Under the pieces are notes generated by a model. That model saw only the letters and a list, made by a program, of their open reading frames with translations, was not told where the DNA came from and did not search any database. The translations under genes were made by a program, and so were the position numbers. DNA of 50,627 nt. Origin: Dehalococcoidia bacterium (GTDB lineage: Bacteria; Chloroflexota; Dehalococcoidia; Lucifugimonadales; UBA3495). The stretch is from NCBI GenBank assembly GCA_030740155.1, contig JASLXV010000030.1:1-50627 (forward strand). Direction: 5' to 3'. Position 1 is the first letter of the stretch, and each line of letters begins with the position of its first letter. Below are positions 29,992-40,006 of this stretch, piece after piece.

Positions 29992-30174
29992 CGAGGGAGG
30001 AGAACCCTCCCGTTCTTGTTGACCCTAGCGGGCCGAAAGGTTCTCTCGCAGTTACGGCTCGGGTTTAGTCCCGCCAAGTGGTGCAAAAGCGTGTCTGGAG
30101 GTAGTCGGAGCACCCTTGGAGCAAGTTTTCTTGCTGCGCGATCAGTGTCGCTTTGGCGTCCGGAAAGCCGGGTG

Positions 30175-31257
30175 CTAGATTTTCGCCGGCTCCTCCCGGA
30201 GCGCGGGCATTACCTCCCGGGCGAACAGGTCCATGGACTTCATCACCTTCTCGTGCTCCAACCCCCCGATCTTGAACCAGAGCATCCAGTGGTTGATGCG
30301 GGTGCGGCTCGAGTAGAAACGGAGCTGCTCGATGACCCGCTCCGGTGACCCGAAAACAGTCCCTGATCCCAAGCCCACGTCGGCATCCCACAGTTGGTCC
30401 ACGGTGAGGTCGCCCAGGAACGACGGGTCTCGAGGATACTGCTCGTACCCCGCCGGGGTCGGCCGGTCCGGCGCCCCGGGTAGCAACTTTGCCAGGGTGT
30501 GGTAGAACCATAGGGCGTGGTGCATCTCCGCCTTGGCTTCCGCGTCGGTGGGCGCCACGTAGACCTTCAAGGAAAATGGCAGGTCCAGCTGGTCTGGATC
30601 GTGGCCGTTTTCTCGCAGGCGGGCCGTGTAGCCCGCATAGGCCTCCTCCACCGATCTGATGGAGGTGAAGTTGGGTCCCCGGAGGATCGGGAAGCCCCGC
30701 AGGCCCGCCACTTCGTAGGTGGCGGGGCTGATGGCCGCCCAGTAGATGGGAGGATGCGGCTTTTGCACCGGCTTGGGGTACACCGAGGCGTTCTTTATCT
30801 TCCAGAAATTGCCATCATAGGAGAAGGTATCCTCGGTCCAGGCTTTTATCATGATGTCCAACGATTCCAGGAACATGGCCCGGGAAGCATTTTGCGGGAT
30901 ACCGAAAACCTCGAACTCGGGGGCCTGGTAACCCCGGCCGATACCCAGGAGCAAGCGGCCCCCGCTCAATGCGTCGACCAGGGCAGCATCCTCGGCGAGC
31001 CGCAGGGGATGCTGGAAGGGGAGCACCATCACCGCCGTGCCGATGAGCATTCGCTTGGTCCGCTGGGAGACGGCTGCCGCGAAGGTCATTGGGTTCCCCA
31101 GCGTGCCATAGACGGAAGAGTGGTGTTCCGGGAGCCACACGGAATCGAAACCCAGTTTCTCTCCGAAGTCGATCTCTTCCAGGACCTCGCTGAAGATCCG
31201 CTCCTGAGTGATGTTTCCGAAGTCGCTGAATAGGTAAAACAGTCCGAATTTCACCAT
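30175..31257 (-). CDS. LLM class (luciferase-like) flavin/F420-dependent oxidoreductase
   Basis: MVKFGLF, GFDSVWLPEHH, HPLRLAED, SGGRLLLGIGRGY, PKPVQKPHPP, FAREVMP. Confidence 0.93.
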   Translation of the reverse strand: MVKFGLFYLFSDFGNITQERIFSEVLEEIDFGEKLGFDSVWLPEHHSSVYGTLGNPMTFAAAVSQRTKRMLIGTAVMVLPFQHPLRLAEDAALVDALSGGRLLLGIGRGYQAPEFEVFGIPQNASRAMFLESLDIMIKAWTEDTFSYDGNFWKIKNASVYPKPVQKPHPPIYWAAISPATYEVAGLRGFPILRGPNFTSIRSVEEAYAGYTARLRENGHDPDQLDLPFSLKVYVAPTDAEAKAEMHHALWFYHTLAKLLPGAPDRPTPAGYEQYPRDPSFLGDLTVDQLWDADVGLGSGTVFGSPERVIEQLRFYSSRTRINHWMLWFKIGGLEHEKVMKSMDLFAREVMPALREEPAKI

Positions 31258-31286
31258 TTTGCCCCTGCCATTCTGCCGGATGGCCC

Positions 31287-31315
31287 ATATTACTTCTAAC
31301 AAATAACGATGTCAA
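31287..31315 (-). promoter_or_regulatory. Near-consensus sigma70 promoter for the LLM gene
   Basis: Minus strand TTGACA (31315-31310), 17 nt, TAATAT (31292-31287). Confidence 0.65.
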
Positions 31316-31506
31316 TCAACTTGGCGATGTCATTGCCCGGCCGGCTTTCATATTCCCGCCCATCCAAGAAGGCATGGAGGCCCGGGGCGAACGGAGGATT
31401 TCCCGCAGGTCCTTAGAATCACGGGAGAGGGAATATGGATGGACTCCCGTTAAGCGAGGCCGGGGGATGGCTAGTGGGGGGTGCGCGACGTATCGCTGCC
31501 GGCGGT

Positions 31507-32454
31507 CTACCGGGACACAGTGCACCGGACGCCGCACTCTTCAAAGATGCGGCGCGCCTGATCAACGGTCTCCAGGGAGGCCATGGCCAATCCGCTCAGG
31601 GAGTACGGCCGGTCCAGGGCCCCATATTTTCCTTCGCCGAGGCGATGGTATGGGACGAGTTCAATCCGGGCTTCGCCGCCTCCCGCCTCTCGCAGAAAGG
31701 CCGACGTCTCCTCGATGTTTCGCGGCGTGTCGTTGACGCCGGGAATGAGAGGCATGCGAAAACGAACCGGAACCCCGGATGCGGCCAGGGTGGTGGCGTT
31801 CCGCAGAATCAGGTCGTTGGACTGGCCGGTAGACGTGCGATGAGTTTGAGGGTCCATGTGCTTCAGGTCGAACAGCACGTAATCCGTCAGGGAGAGGGCG
31901 GTCTTCAGAACAGCCGGGTTGACGAAACCAGCGCTCTCGATAGCCGTGTGTATACCCGCTTCCCGGCATAGCTGGAACAGGGCGCAAACGAAATTGGGTT
32001 GCAGCAAGGGCTCTCCGCCCGAGAGGGTGACGCCGCCCCCCGATCCCTGGTAGAAATTCCGGTCACGCTGGACGATCCCGAACACCTCGCCCGCCGTCAT
32101 CTCCTGGCCGTAGATAGCCAGGGCCTCGTCCGAACAAACCTCCACACACTTTCCGCAAGTGGTGCACCGGTCGCGCCGGATCTGGGGCAGCCCGTCGGAC
32201 GCCAGAGTGATCGCCTCTTCTGGGCAGACTGGGGCGCACTTCCCGCACTTGGTGCACCGGGCGGCGATGTAGCCCAGTTCCACTTCTTTGTTCATGGACT
32301 CGGGATTGGCGCACCACAGACACCCCAGGGCGCATCCTTTGAGGAACACGGTGGTGCGAATGCCCGGCCCATCGTGAAGGCAGAAGCGCTGAATGTTGAA
32401 GACCCGTCCCAGAACGGTTTCCGGCGATTCCAGGCTTCCAGCTTTACTCAGCAT
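31507..32454 (-). CDS. Glycyl-radical enzyme activating protein (radical SAM with ferredoxin insert)
   Basis: HDGPGIRTTVFLKGCALGCLWCANPES (CxxxCxxC); CTKCGKC..CP and CTTCGKC..CS; GGVTLSGGEP; ELVPYHRLG. Confidence 0.95.
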   Translation of the reverse strand: MLSKAGSLESPETVLGRVFNIQRFCLHDGPGIRTTVFLKGCALGCLWCANPESMNKEVELGYIAARCTKCGKCAPVCPEEAITLASDGLPQIRRDRCTTCGKCVEVCSDEALAIYGQEMTAGEVFGIVQRDRNFYQGSGGGVTLSGGEPLLQPNFVCALFQLCREAGIHTAIESAGFVNPAVLKTALSLTDYVLFDLKHMDPQTHRTSTGQSNDLILRNATTLAASGVPVRFRMPLIPGVNDTPRNIEETSAFLREAGGGEARIELVPYHRLGEGKYGALDRPYSLSGLAMASLETVDQARRIFEECGVRCTVSR

Positions 32455-33303
32455 TCAGCGTACCGCGCGGAATCACGTGCTCAAAGAGCCATTCCGAATT
32501 TCTCAAAGCTGGCCAGTCCCTCTTCTTTCTCACGCTCAGGCGACACCTTCAAGTTGATGGTTACGCGAATTGCCCGGTCCGGATGTTCCGGCACCTCTCA
32601 ACTATCTTGCTCCTGCCGCTGCCGCCGGTCAAGCTCTCGAGAGCAGCCTACCGGCGCCGGCATGGCCGGTGGACCAACTCCCAGGGCTGGCACTTGAACT
32701 TAAGGACCATTTCGATAAAGTAGTGTTAAGGCAGCCTCATGGTCTGCCTCGCTGCGTTGAGGGGTAGAGGTGCTTGGTGAGGGCTCTTGGGCCTTACCAA
32801 GGCGACTCTCGTCTCCGGAAGGCACCCGCTCTGCAAGCACTCTGCCCTCAACAATGTGATTGCGTAGCTGAAGACGCCATCATTTTCTGTCCACTTGGCG
32901 CTCAGGACCAGGCCGAGGGAAACGCCCAGGCATTCCCGCCGAAATCTGCCCATCGGGTCGCGCAGTTTCTGCCTGCCTGTTCGGCCGGCCCAGAGACACC
33001 GATTGCGGCTACCGGGCCGGCTGAGACGCCGTTGTTTTTGTTTGTCACAGGATCTTCGTGTCCTGCATGCGGGTTCTGGATCGAGGCGGGCCAGGACGCT
33101 CTCACGCCCAACATTCCGGTTGACGGCCACGCCAAGCCGTTTCCAACTGGGCGAGCAGAGGACGCCCGACCGCGTTTCGTGAGTCATTTCGACGCTTGGC
33201 CTGTGATGGGCTGATCATCGGGTATAGATCAGTTTTTCGGGTGGGTTCGGGCCCAAGAAATCCGCAAACTTAGCGGCGTATTGTTCGCAGGAGGAAATTC
33301 GAG

Positions 33304-33783
33304 GTGAAAGAGGAGTTTGTGAACTCGTTTCTGGCTCCAGCCAAACTCGTTTGGACCAAGGAGTTGGGAGAATGTCTTGAGATGGCGGGTGCGCAGGTTG
33401 TTTCAAACCAGTTCACCACCGATGACCTGACGGCGATTATCGGTATCAGCGGCCGGATTGAAGGGAATGTCCTCTACGGATTCAGCAATGAGACGGCGCT
33501 CGCCGTGGTCCGCCGGATGATCGGAGAGGATGTCGAAAGCTACCGGGACAAGTTGGGGCTCTCCGCGATTGGCGAGATTGCCAACATGATTACCGGCAAC
33601 GCCGCAACTCAGCTATCTCAGGCTGGATTTCCCTGCGACATCAGTCCGCCGGTGATCGTCGCTTCCCCCGGCCTCAAGTTCACCACGTTTGGCGGTTCTC
33701 AGATTCTCGTGACCCTTTCCAGTTCGCTGGGGCCGCTAAACGTGCGATTCAACCTGAACGAAAGGTCCGGGCCGGAGCGATAG
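33304..33783 (+). CDS. cheX: CheX-family phosphatase
   Basis: EFVNSFL, AIIGISGRIEG, SAIGEIANMITGNA (ExxN motif), DISPPVIV; GAGG-GTG start. Confidence 0.85.
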   Translation: MKEEFVNSFLAPAKLVWTKELGECLEMAGAQVVSNQFTTDDLTAIIGISGRIEGNVLYGFSNETALAVVRRMIGEDVESYRDKLGLSAIGEIANMITGNAATQLSQAGFPCDISPPVIVASPGLKFTTFGGSQILVTLSSSLGPLNVRFNLNERSGPER

Positions 33784-34008
33784 TCAGCCCCGCGAAGCCG
33801 ACGAAGGCCGGTCTCCGACGACCCAGAGGCGCGGGAGATTCCAGGCACGATTACCCGTTCCAGTCCCGGGGCGAAGCGTAGCGGGCAAGCCGCGTTTGCT
33901 CCCCTGGGACGAGTGGATCTTCTCCGCTCGTGCTGGGCCCTTCGGCTGGGCTCAGGATCGGCCTATCGAATCACCGGCGCAGGTTTGCGGCTAGTATCTA
34001 AAGCTCGC

Positions 34009-36450
34009 CTACGCCAGCTCCTGTTCCGTGCGCCGGATGATCTCGTCCTGGACCTCGGGCGCCAGGTGGATGAAGTACGCGCTGTACCCCGCCACCCGGA
34101 CCACCAAGTCGCGGTACTTCTCCGGGTGTTCCTTGGCGGCTACGAGGGTCTGCCGGTCCAGGAAATTGTATTGGATATGGGTTCCCCCGCCGCGGATGAA
34201 GCTTTCAGTGAGGGCAGCCACTTTTTCCAGGGATTCCTGGCTGGCCACCATGGTGATGGGGAACCTCTGGTTGAGAATGGACACCGCCGCCTCTTTGAAG
34301 TCCACCGCCAGCGCCGAGTTCAGCACGGCGGTGGGCCCGTTGCCGTCCCGCCCCTGGGTAGGAGAGAGAGAGCCGTCGGTGAGAGCATCCTCCTTCTTGC
34401 GGCCGTTGGGAAGGGCCCCCACTCCATGGCCGCCGTAGTAATGCCAGCCCACGCCATTGCGGTTGATGGGGTGCTTATCCCCAAAGACGTTCTTCTCGGA
34501 GAAGATGATGGCGGCGGAGTCCTTGCCCAACTGGCGGATCATGCCATCGGCCTGGGCATCCTCGTTTCCATACTTGGGGGCCGCCAGGCACATTACCTGA
34601 ACCTCCTGGCCCCGGTCTCCCTGGAAATTGCTGTCCAGGGCATCCAGGAGCCGGTCCATGGTGAGCCGCTTTTGGTCGTACACCAGCGTCCGGATTGCCG
34701 TTAGCGAGTCGCCCGTATCCACGATGGCCCGGTCCTTGGCGTACCACGTGGGGTGGGTTCCTTGCCCGCCCATCATGACGTCCATCCCGTTTTCCAGGCA
34801 TCCGGGCAGCATCACCGAGAGCAGGGGCATGCGATAGATGGCCACCTCAGCCCGGTGGGCCATCCGGGTCTGCTCAAGGGACCGCCGCAGGATGAACTCG
34901 TACTGCTTTTCAAAGGCGCCGTAGAGCTTGTCGAAGGTATCGAAGCCTCTGGGGTCCCCGGTCTTCAGCCCCACAAGTTTGCCGCTTCGAGGGGCGATTC
35001 CGTTGTGGAGCGCCAGGTCCAGGGCCAGGGCCATATTTATCTTGAAGGCCGGCCGGAAGTAGCACCGGAAGTTGGCGGGAAAGGGCTGAGAGCAGCCGTT
35101 GGCCGCCCAGTCCCGGGCGTCTTCCAAGGGCACGTCGAGGTCCGTCAGGTACTTGACGATGTGGTCGTCGTTATGAAACTGGGGTATGCCGCCGCCGATC
35201 TTCCGGTTGGTCTCCATGGACTTGATCATGGCCCACTTGGGCGTTGAGCCGGCCAGCCGGAGGGTCAACTGAGGCTGGGCGAACCGGAGAAGCCCGGCCA
35301 GGTGAAGGATGAGGTAGGTCAGCTCGTTGCAGGCGTCATCCCCTTCGCGGGTGACCCCCCCGATGGTGATATTTATGATGGAAGAACTCTGCTGACCGTT
35401 CTGGGCGTCCTTGAGGGAGTACATGGCGTGGTCGCGGGCGGCGTAGTTGAACAGTTCGGCTAGCAGGTCGGTGGCTTCCTGCATCGTGAGGCGGCCCTCC
35501 CGCAGGTCGTTCATGAAGTAGGGGTAGAGGGTCTGGTCGAGCCGCCCCAGACTCGGGCCCCAGCCACCTTCCAGCCTCACTCCCACATGGGCGAAGCGGA
35601 TCACCTGCAGGGCCTCGAGGAAGGTAGTAGCGGGGTTGGCCGGCACCTGCCGGCAGACCAGGACCGTCTCCTCCAGCTCTTTCCGGCGCTCGGGGTCACT
35701 CTCGGTGGCAGCCATCTCCTGGGCCAGCCGGGCATGGCGCTCGGCGAACTCAATCAGGGCCTGGCAGGTGATCAGCACCGAGTCCCAGAACCACACCTTC
35801 TCCGGCTGGTCCGAGTCGCTGGCCCCATCCGCCAGGCGCTTCAGGCCCTGCCGGGCCACCTCCATGAAACCGTTGAGCCCCTTGGCCATGACGTTTTCGT
35901 AGAGCAATGCGCCGGAGACGATGGGATGCCGCTCGTAGGGAATGGTGCCGCACACATCGATGAAGTCGTCCCACCAGGATCCCCACAGCCGTTGCCGGGC
36001 ATCCCGCACCAAATCGGCGCCCGTTTTGCCCTCGAAGTAGCGGGCGGTCTCTTCCATAATCTTCAGGTCGTCCTGGGTGTAGATCGCCTCGTGAGCGTCC
36101 GATGACAGGGTGATCTTTCCCGCCTTCAGATGGTCCAGCACGATAGTTGGGTCGAGGTCAACCGGCGGATGGACCCCCTGGAAGTAGGGGGTCTCGCTTC
36201 CCACCAGCCGCTCGTTATCGTGGATGACCACGGGGACGCCCTTCAGGATCCTCTCTACGAGGTGGGCCCGCCGGATCTCGGCGGGCTTGCCATCGCTCTC
36301 CTTCCACGCTTCAACGGCTATCAATGCCCGCTCTTTCGCTACCCGGGTGGAGGTCTCGAAAAGCCTCTCCCGCAAGCGCTGTATCCGCTCGCTAAGGACC
36401 ACACCATCGATTTCCTCGATCAGCTTGTTATCTCTCACGGTGGCGACCAT
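34009..36450 (-). CDS. Glycyl radical enzyme (PFL-family large subunit), substrate unknown
   Basis: 813 aa; SLGRLDQTLYPY, NITIGG, NGCSQ thiyl-Cys loop, PKYGN, HIQYN, LVVRVAGYSAYF glycyl-radical loop; GGAGG RBS. Confidence 0.95.
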   Translation of the reverse strand: MVATVRDNKLIEEIDGVVLSERIQRLRERLFETSTRVAKERALIAVEAWKESDGKPAEIRRAHLVERILKGVPVVIHDNERLVGSETPYFQGVHPPVDLDPTIVLDHLKAGKITLSSDAHEAIYTQDDLKIMEETARYFEGKTGADLVRDARQRLWGSWWDDFIDVCGTIPYERHPIVSGALLYENVMAKGLNGFMEVARQGLKRLADGASDSDQPEKVWFWDSVLITCQALIEFAERHARLAQEMAATESDPERRKELEETVLVCRQVPANPATTFLEALQVIRFAHVGVRLEGGWGPSLGRLDQTLYPYFMNDLREGRLTMQEATDLLAELFNYAARDHAMYSLKDAQNGQQSSSIINITIGGVTREGDDACNELTYLILHLAGLLRFAQPQLTLRLAGSTPKWAMIKSMETNRKIGGGIPQFHNDDHIVKYLTDLDVPLEDARDWAANGCSQPFPANFRCYFRPAFKINMALALDLALHNGIAPRSGKLVGLKTGDPRGFDTFDKLYGAFEKQYEFILRRSLEQTRMAHRAEVAIYRMPLLSVMLPGCLENGMDVMMGGQGTHPTWYAKDRAIVDTGDSLTAIRTLVYDQKRLTMDRLLDALDSNFQGDRGQEVQVMCLAAPKYGNEDAQADGMIRQLGKDSAAIIFSEKNVFGDKHPINRNGVGWHYYGGHGVGALPNGRKKEDALTDGSLSPTQGRDGNGPTAVLNSALAVDFKEAAVSILNQRFPITMVASQESLEKVAALTESFIRGGGTHIQYNFLDRQTLVAAKEHPEKYRDLVVRVAGYSAYFIHLAPEVQDEIIRRTEQELA

Positions 36451-36506
36451 GATAGCCTCCTCTCCAGCCCCTGGATATTGTGGTGGGAAACGCTTGCGAC
36501 AACCCT

Positions 36507-36535
36507 ACGTTAGTTGCGCGTGTATCCCGTGTCAA
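36507..36535 (-). promoter_or_regulatory. Putative sigma70 promoter for the glycyl radical enzyme
   Basis: Minus strand TTGACA (36535-36530), 17 nt, TAACGT (36512-36507). Confidence 0.6.
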
Positions 36536-36615
36536 GTCCTGTCGGGGAGTCTGGCCTGCCGGCTAGCTTTTATCTCAGGACCGCCCCGCACCGCCGAAGG
36601 ACCGCGTCCCAGTCT

Positions 36616-36652
36616 AAAAAAGCCGGTGGCAGGCTTCTCGCCCGCCACCGGC
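36616..36652 (-). terminator. Rho-independent terminator after the selenoprotein gene
   Basis: Minus strand GCCGGTGGCGGGC-GAGAA-GCCTGCCACCGGC followed by TTTTTT. Confidence 0.85.
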
Positions 36653-36695
36653 CCCGTTGCATTCTCCCCTATTGGTTAGGAGTCCGCTTCCACCG

Positions 36696-38357
36696 TTAGG
36701 CGGCGCTGTTGATCTCCCTGGTGATGGTGGGCGCCCCGATGTTCCGCACCAGGTCGCTCTTCCCGGTGGGACCGCCCACTACCAGGATGTGGAGCATTTC
36801 CGGGACCGGCACCGTGGACATCAGGGTGTCCGGGTCCAGTTGCAGGATCCATTTGGCGCTTTCCGGCAGCGTATCCAGGGCGGTCAGGAAGCTGGCTACC
36901 AGGTGCTTGAGCGGAACCTTGGAGTTCTGGCACATGAAATCCCGGATGGTAGCTTTGGTGTAGCCATCCTGGTCCAGAGTGCGGGCATGGTCTGGGGCCA
37001 TCAGCATCGTGTAGTGGGATGCGTCCCATTCCTCCCGGGTGGGGAAGATGGAGTTGTAATGGCCGGCCGCGGAGGCCCGTGCCGCCCAGGACAGGAGGAG
37101 CTGTCCGGAGTCCCGTTGGTAGTTGGCGTTGTGGATGATGTCGATCGTCCCGAAGACGGTGACGGTGCTCTGGTCCTTCTGGAAGCCCCGCTCCACGTGG
37201 AACGGGTCCCAGGGGTTCTGGTCTTCGTTCTCCGCGACGCACATGCTGTACTTGATTGGGCTGCCGATGGTGTCCATGTCTCCGCTGCCTGGGTAGGCGT
37301 GGCCCACGTTCATCAAGATGAGCCGCAGGGCCCTGCCCAGCGCGGTGTTGACCCGTCCCAGCTTGCCCGGACCCAGGGTGCAGCGGCCGAAGTTGATGCC
37401 CTGCTCTTTGACGATGGGCCCGTTGACCAGCATCATCATGGCGTGGGGGCCCGTGGACATGGCGATGGTTCGGGCCGGGAAGATGTTCTGGGGCGTTTGG
37501 GTGATGGCCTCCACCGTGGCGATCATGATGGACAGGTGCTCCGGTTTGCAGCCGGCCATCGCCGCGTTAATGGCTACCTTTTCCACGGTGGCCGCGCCAA
37601 TGCCGGGCGCCAGATAACCCAGGACCTCCAGCGGGTCCCGCTTGACGGTCTTCAGGAAGGAATCCACCAGCTCGGACGTGGGGGCAATGAGAGGAAAGCC
37701 GTCGCCGAGGCCCCGCTCGATGAAGTCCTCGTTGAAATTCTCCCACCCCTTGAGCAGATCGCCGGCTTCGAATTGCTCCCGCGAAGCCTGGACCACCTGG
37801 ACCTTCTTCGCGGAGGCTGGGTCACAGGGTTGGCTGACCATCGTGGCGGCCAGCTCGTCGAAGGCCCCATCCAAGTCGATGGCCGCCTCGTCGCGGCTAC
37901 GGCTGGTCATGGTATACGGAATAACGACGTAGGGAAGCTGAGGAAACCCGAAGATGCGGGCTGAGGTCTCAAAGTCGGATTCGAACCCACGGGCGACGAT
38001 GGATACCGTGGGGAGCCCGGCCTTTTCCAGCGCTACCATGTCGTACACCAGGTACGACGTGCAAGAGCCTCAATCCGCGGTTGCGCCCACCACCACGTCC
38101 CGGGTCTCCTTGAGTTCGCGAATCAGGTCGTCGGCAATGGGTCTCCGGGAGTGAACAAGTTCCGCCTCCGTGACGCTGAAGCGCTCCTTTAGACGCTGTC
38201 CCACGTGTTCCAGGGCGAAGTTGCCACCTGGCTTCCGGTTCCAGTACAGGCCCACGCGGGCGCCCTGGAGGCTGCTTGGCCGCTTTGGTGCCGGCGGTGG
38301 CTCACCCAACTCTGCAGCCAGTTGGGCCACCGGGTTCAAGACTTCTAGCTTTGCCAT
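36696..38357 (-). CDS. UGSC-motif selenoprotein (Sec at TGA 38072-38070) fused to a conserved uncharacterised domain; 553 aa
   Basis: ORFs 38070..38522 and 36696..38048 are in one frame, reading VVVGATAD-U-GSCTSYLVYDMVALEKAGLPTV. ATG 38357 with GAGGAGG-like RBS. C-domain GDGFPLIAPT, ATVEKVAINAAMAGC, GRALRL, ENEDQNPW. Confidence 0.88.
38040..38058 (-). promoter_or_regulatory. Putative bacterial SECIS hairpin
   Basis: GUCGUAC-CUGGU-GUACGAC: perfect 7-bp stem with a G-containing loop, starting 11 nt after the UGA. Confidence 0.7.
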
Positions 38358-38545
38358 CTCTGGTATCCTCCTCTCAGTCGGGAAAACCTGCATCATGGGG
38401 GCCGGTGCCTGCCGCATCGCTCCCTGCCCTTGCCAAACGCCCCAGGCGTCTCCTTCAGGCGTTGCAAGGTGGGCGTCTCGACGCCCAAATCCGCGGAGAG
38501 AACAGAGGCCCGTCGCCACCACAGGCTCACGGAATCGCCGTGTTT

Positions 38546-38573
38546 AGCCTACACCCACCGTTGTTGATGTCAA
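38546..38573 (-). promoter_or_regulatory. Putative sigma70 promoter for the selenoprotein gene
   Basis: Minus strand TTGACA (38573-38568), 16 nt, TAGGCT (38551-38546). Confidence 0.4.
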
Positions 38574-38890
38574 GCCGCCGAGCCCCAGGCTCCAGGCTCC
38601 CGGCGGCGGGCCGAGCCCTCTGACCGGTGGGGCGAATTACTATCGACTTCCCATAGAAACGGGCGTATTATCGGGGGTGCCGGCGTACGGGCCTCCCGGA
38701 CCGTTCATCGCCGTACCAGAATTCACGGGCATGACGCCGGCGCAAGGTGAGCCTGTTGGCCAGCTTGTTTATTAGATGAAACGGTGGACCCTTATCGCCG
38801 CCGCGGTGGTTTTTTCAACCCGGCTCCCCTAGACACCGGACCTAAGGCGCGGCAGTTGCCCGGGCCGCCAGTATTAGAGGAGGTAAGATC

Positions 38891-40006
38891 GTGAAAATCA
38901 AGGACGTTCAGCTTCAGGTGGTCAAGTGGGATCTGCCCGACTGGAACACTCAATCGGACATCAACATCAAGACGGGCACCAAGGAGTTGGGTGTCCTCCG
39001 GATCATCACCGATGAAGGGGTGGAGGGCAACGCTTTTCTGGCCAACTCAAGCCGGGGCACCAGGATCTATTTCGAGGGCCTGATGAATGAGGCCAAGCCG
39101 GAACTGCTGGGGAGAGACGCGGAGGACCGGGAGTGGATCTGGAACCGGCTATGGCGCATGTCCGAGCACATGGTAATCAGAAGCCCAGCCATCGCCGCCG
39201 TGGACGTGGCCCTGTGGGACCTGGCGGGCAAGATCGCCGGGATGCCCATCTATCACATGATGGGAGCGCAACGGCACAAAGCCCCCATCTATGCTTCCTC
39301 CGCCGTATTCGACAACGCGCAAGCCTACGCCGACGAGGTCCTTTCGTTCAAGGAGCGGGGCGTCAACGCCTACAAGCTCCACGTAGGCGGTAAGACCCCC
39401 AAAGCCACCATCGCGGCCTGCCAGGCGACGCGGCAGGCAGTCGGGGAGGACTATGACCTGATGGTGGACTGCAGCCGGCTCTTCACCTACCAGGAGGCGT
39501 TGCACATAGGGCGGGCGCTGGACGAGCTGAATTACCACTGGTTCGAAGACCCGATGCGGGCCTACCACATGCAGCACATGGCCGAGTTGACCCGACGGTT
39601 GGATACTCCGATCGCGATCAGCGACGCCAACGAGTTCCGTTTCCAGGAAGCCGCCAGCTACCTGGCCTACGGAGTGGGCGACATTCTGCGAAGCGACTGC
39701 TGGAAGGACGGCATCACCGGAGTCAAGAAGCTGGCGGTGATGTGCGAGGGTTTTGGCAAGAACTGCGAGGTGCACACCTCCACCACCGCCACCGGCAACG
39801 TAGCGGCCCTGCACATCGTCCTGTCCATCAAGAATTGCGACTACTACGAGTACCTGCTCCAGGGGGCGCCGGTGTACAGGTTCGGCATCAACGAGGAGCT
39901 GGAGGTGGACAGCGAGGGCTTCGCCCACGCCCTGCCGGGACCGGGCCTGGGCGTGACCCTGGACTGGGACCTTCTGAACAAGCTGAAGCTGGAAGTACTG
40001 ACCTGA
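38891..40006 (+). CDS. Mandelate racemase/muconate lactonizing enzyme family protein
   Basis: AAVDVALWDLAGK, YKLH, LMVD, WFEDP, CEVH, PGPGLG; GAGGAGG RBS. Confidence 0.9.
   Translation: MKIKDVQLQVVKWDLPDWNTQSDINIKTGTKELGVLRIITDEGVEGNAFLANSSRGTRIYFEGLMNEAKPELLGRDAEDREWIWNRLWRMSEHMVIRSPAIAAVDVALWDLAGKIAGMPIYHMMGAQRHKAPIYASSAVFDNAQAYADEVLSFKERGVNAYKLHVGGKTPKATIAACQATRQAVGEDYDLMVDCSRLFTYQEALHIGRALDELNYHWFEDPMRAYHMQHMAELTRRLDTPIAISDANEFRFQEAASYLAYGVGDILRSDCWKDGITGVKKLAVMCEGFGKNCEVHTSTTATGNVAALHIVLSIKNCDYYEYLLQGAPVYRFGINEELEVDSEGFAHALPGPGLGVTLDWDLLNKLKLEVLT

Noticed and set aside
34009..36450. Labelling the GRE as pflB, cutC or bssA
   Set aside because: It lacks the PFL Cys-Cys pair, the GCxE eliminase motif and any small-subunit genes.
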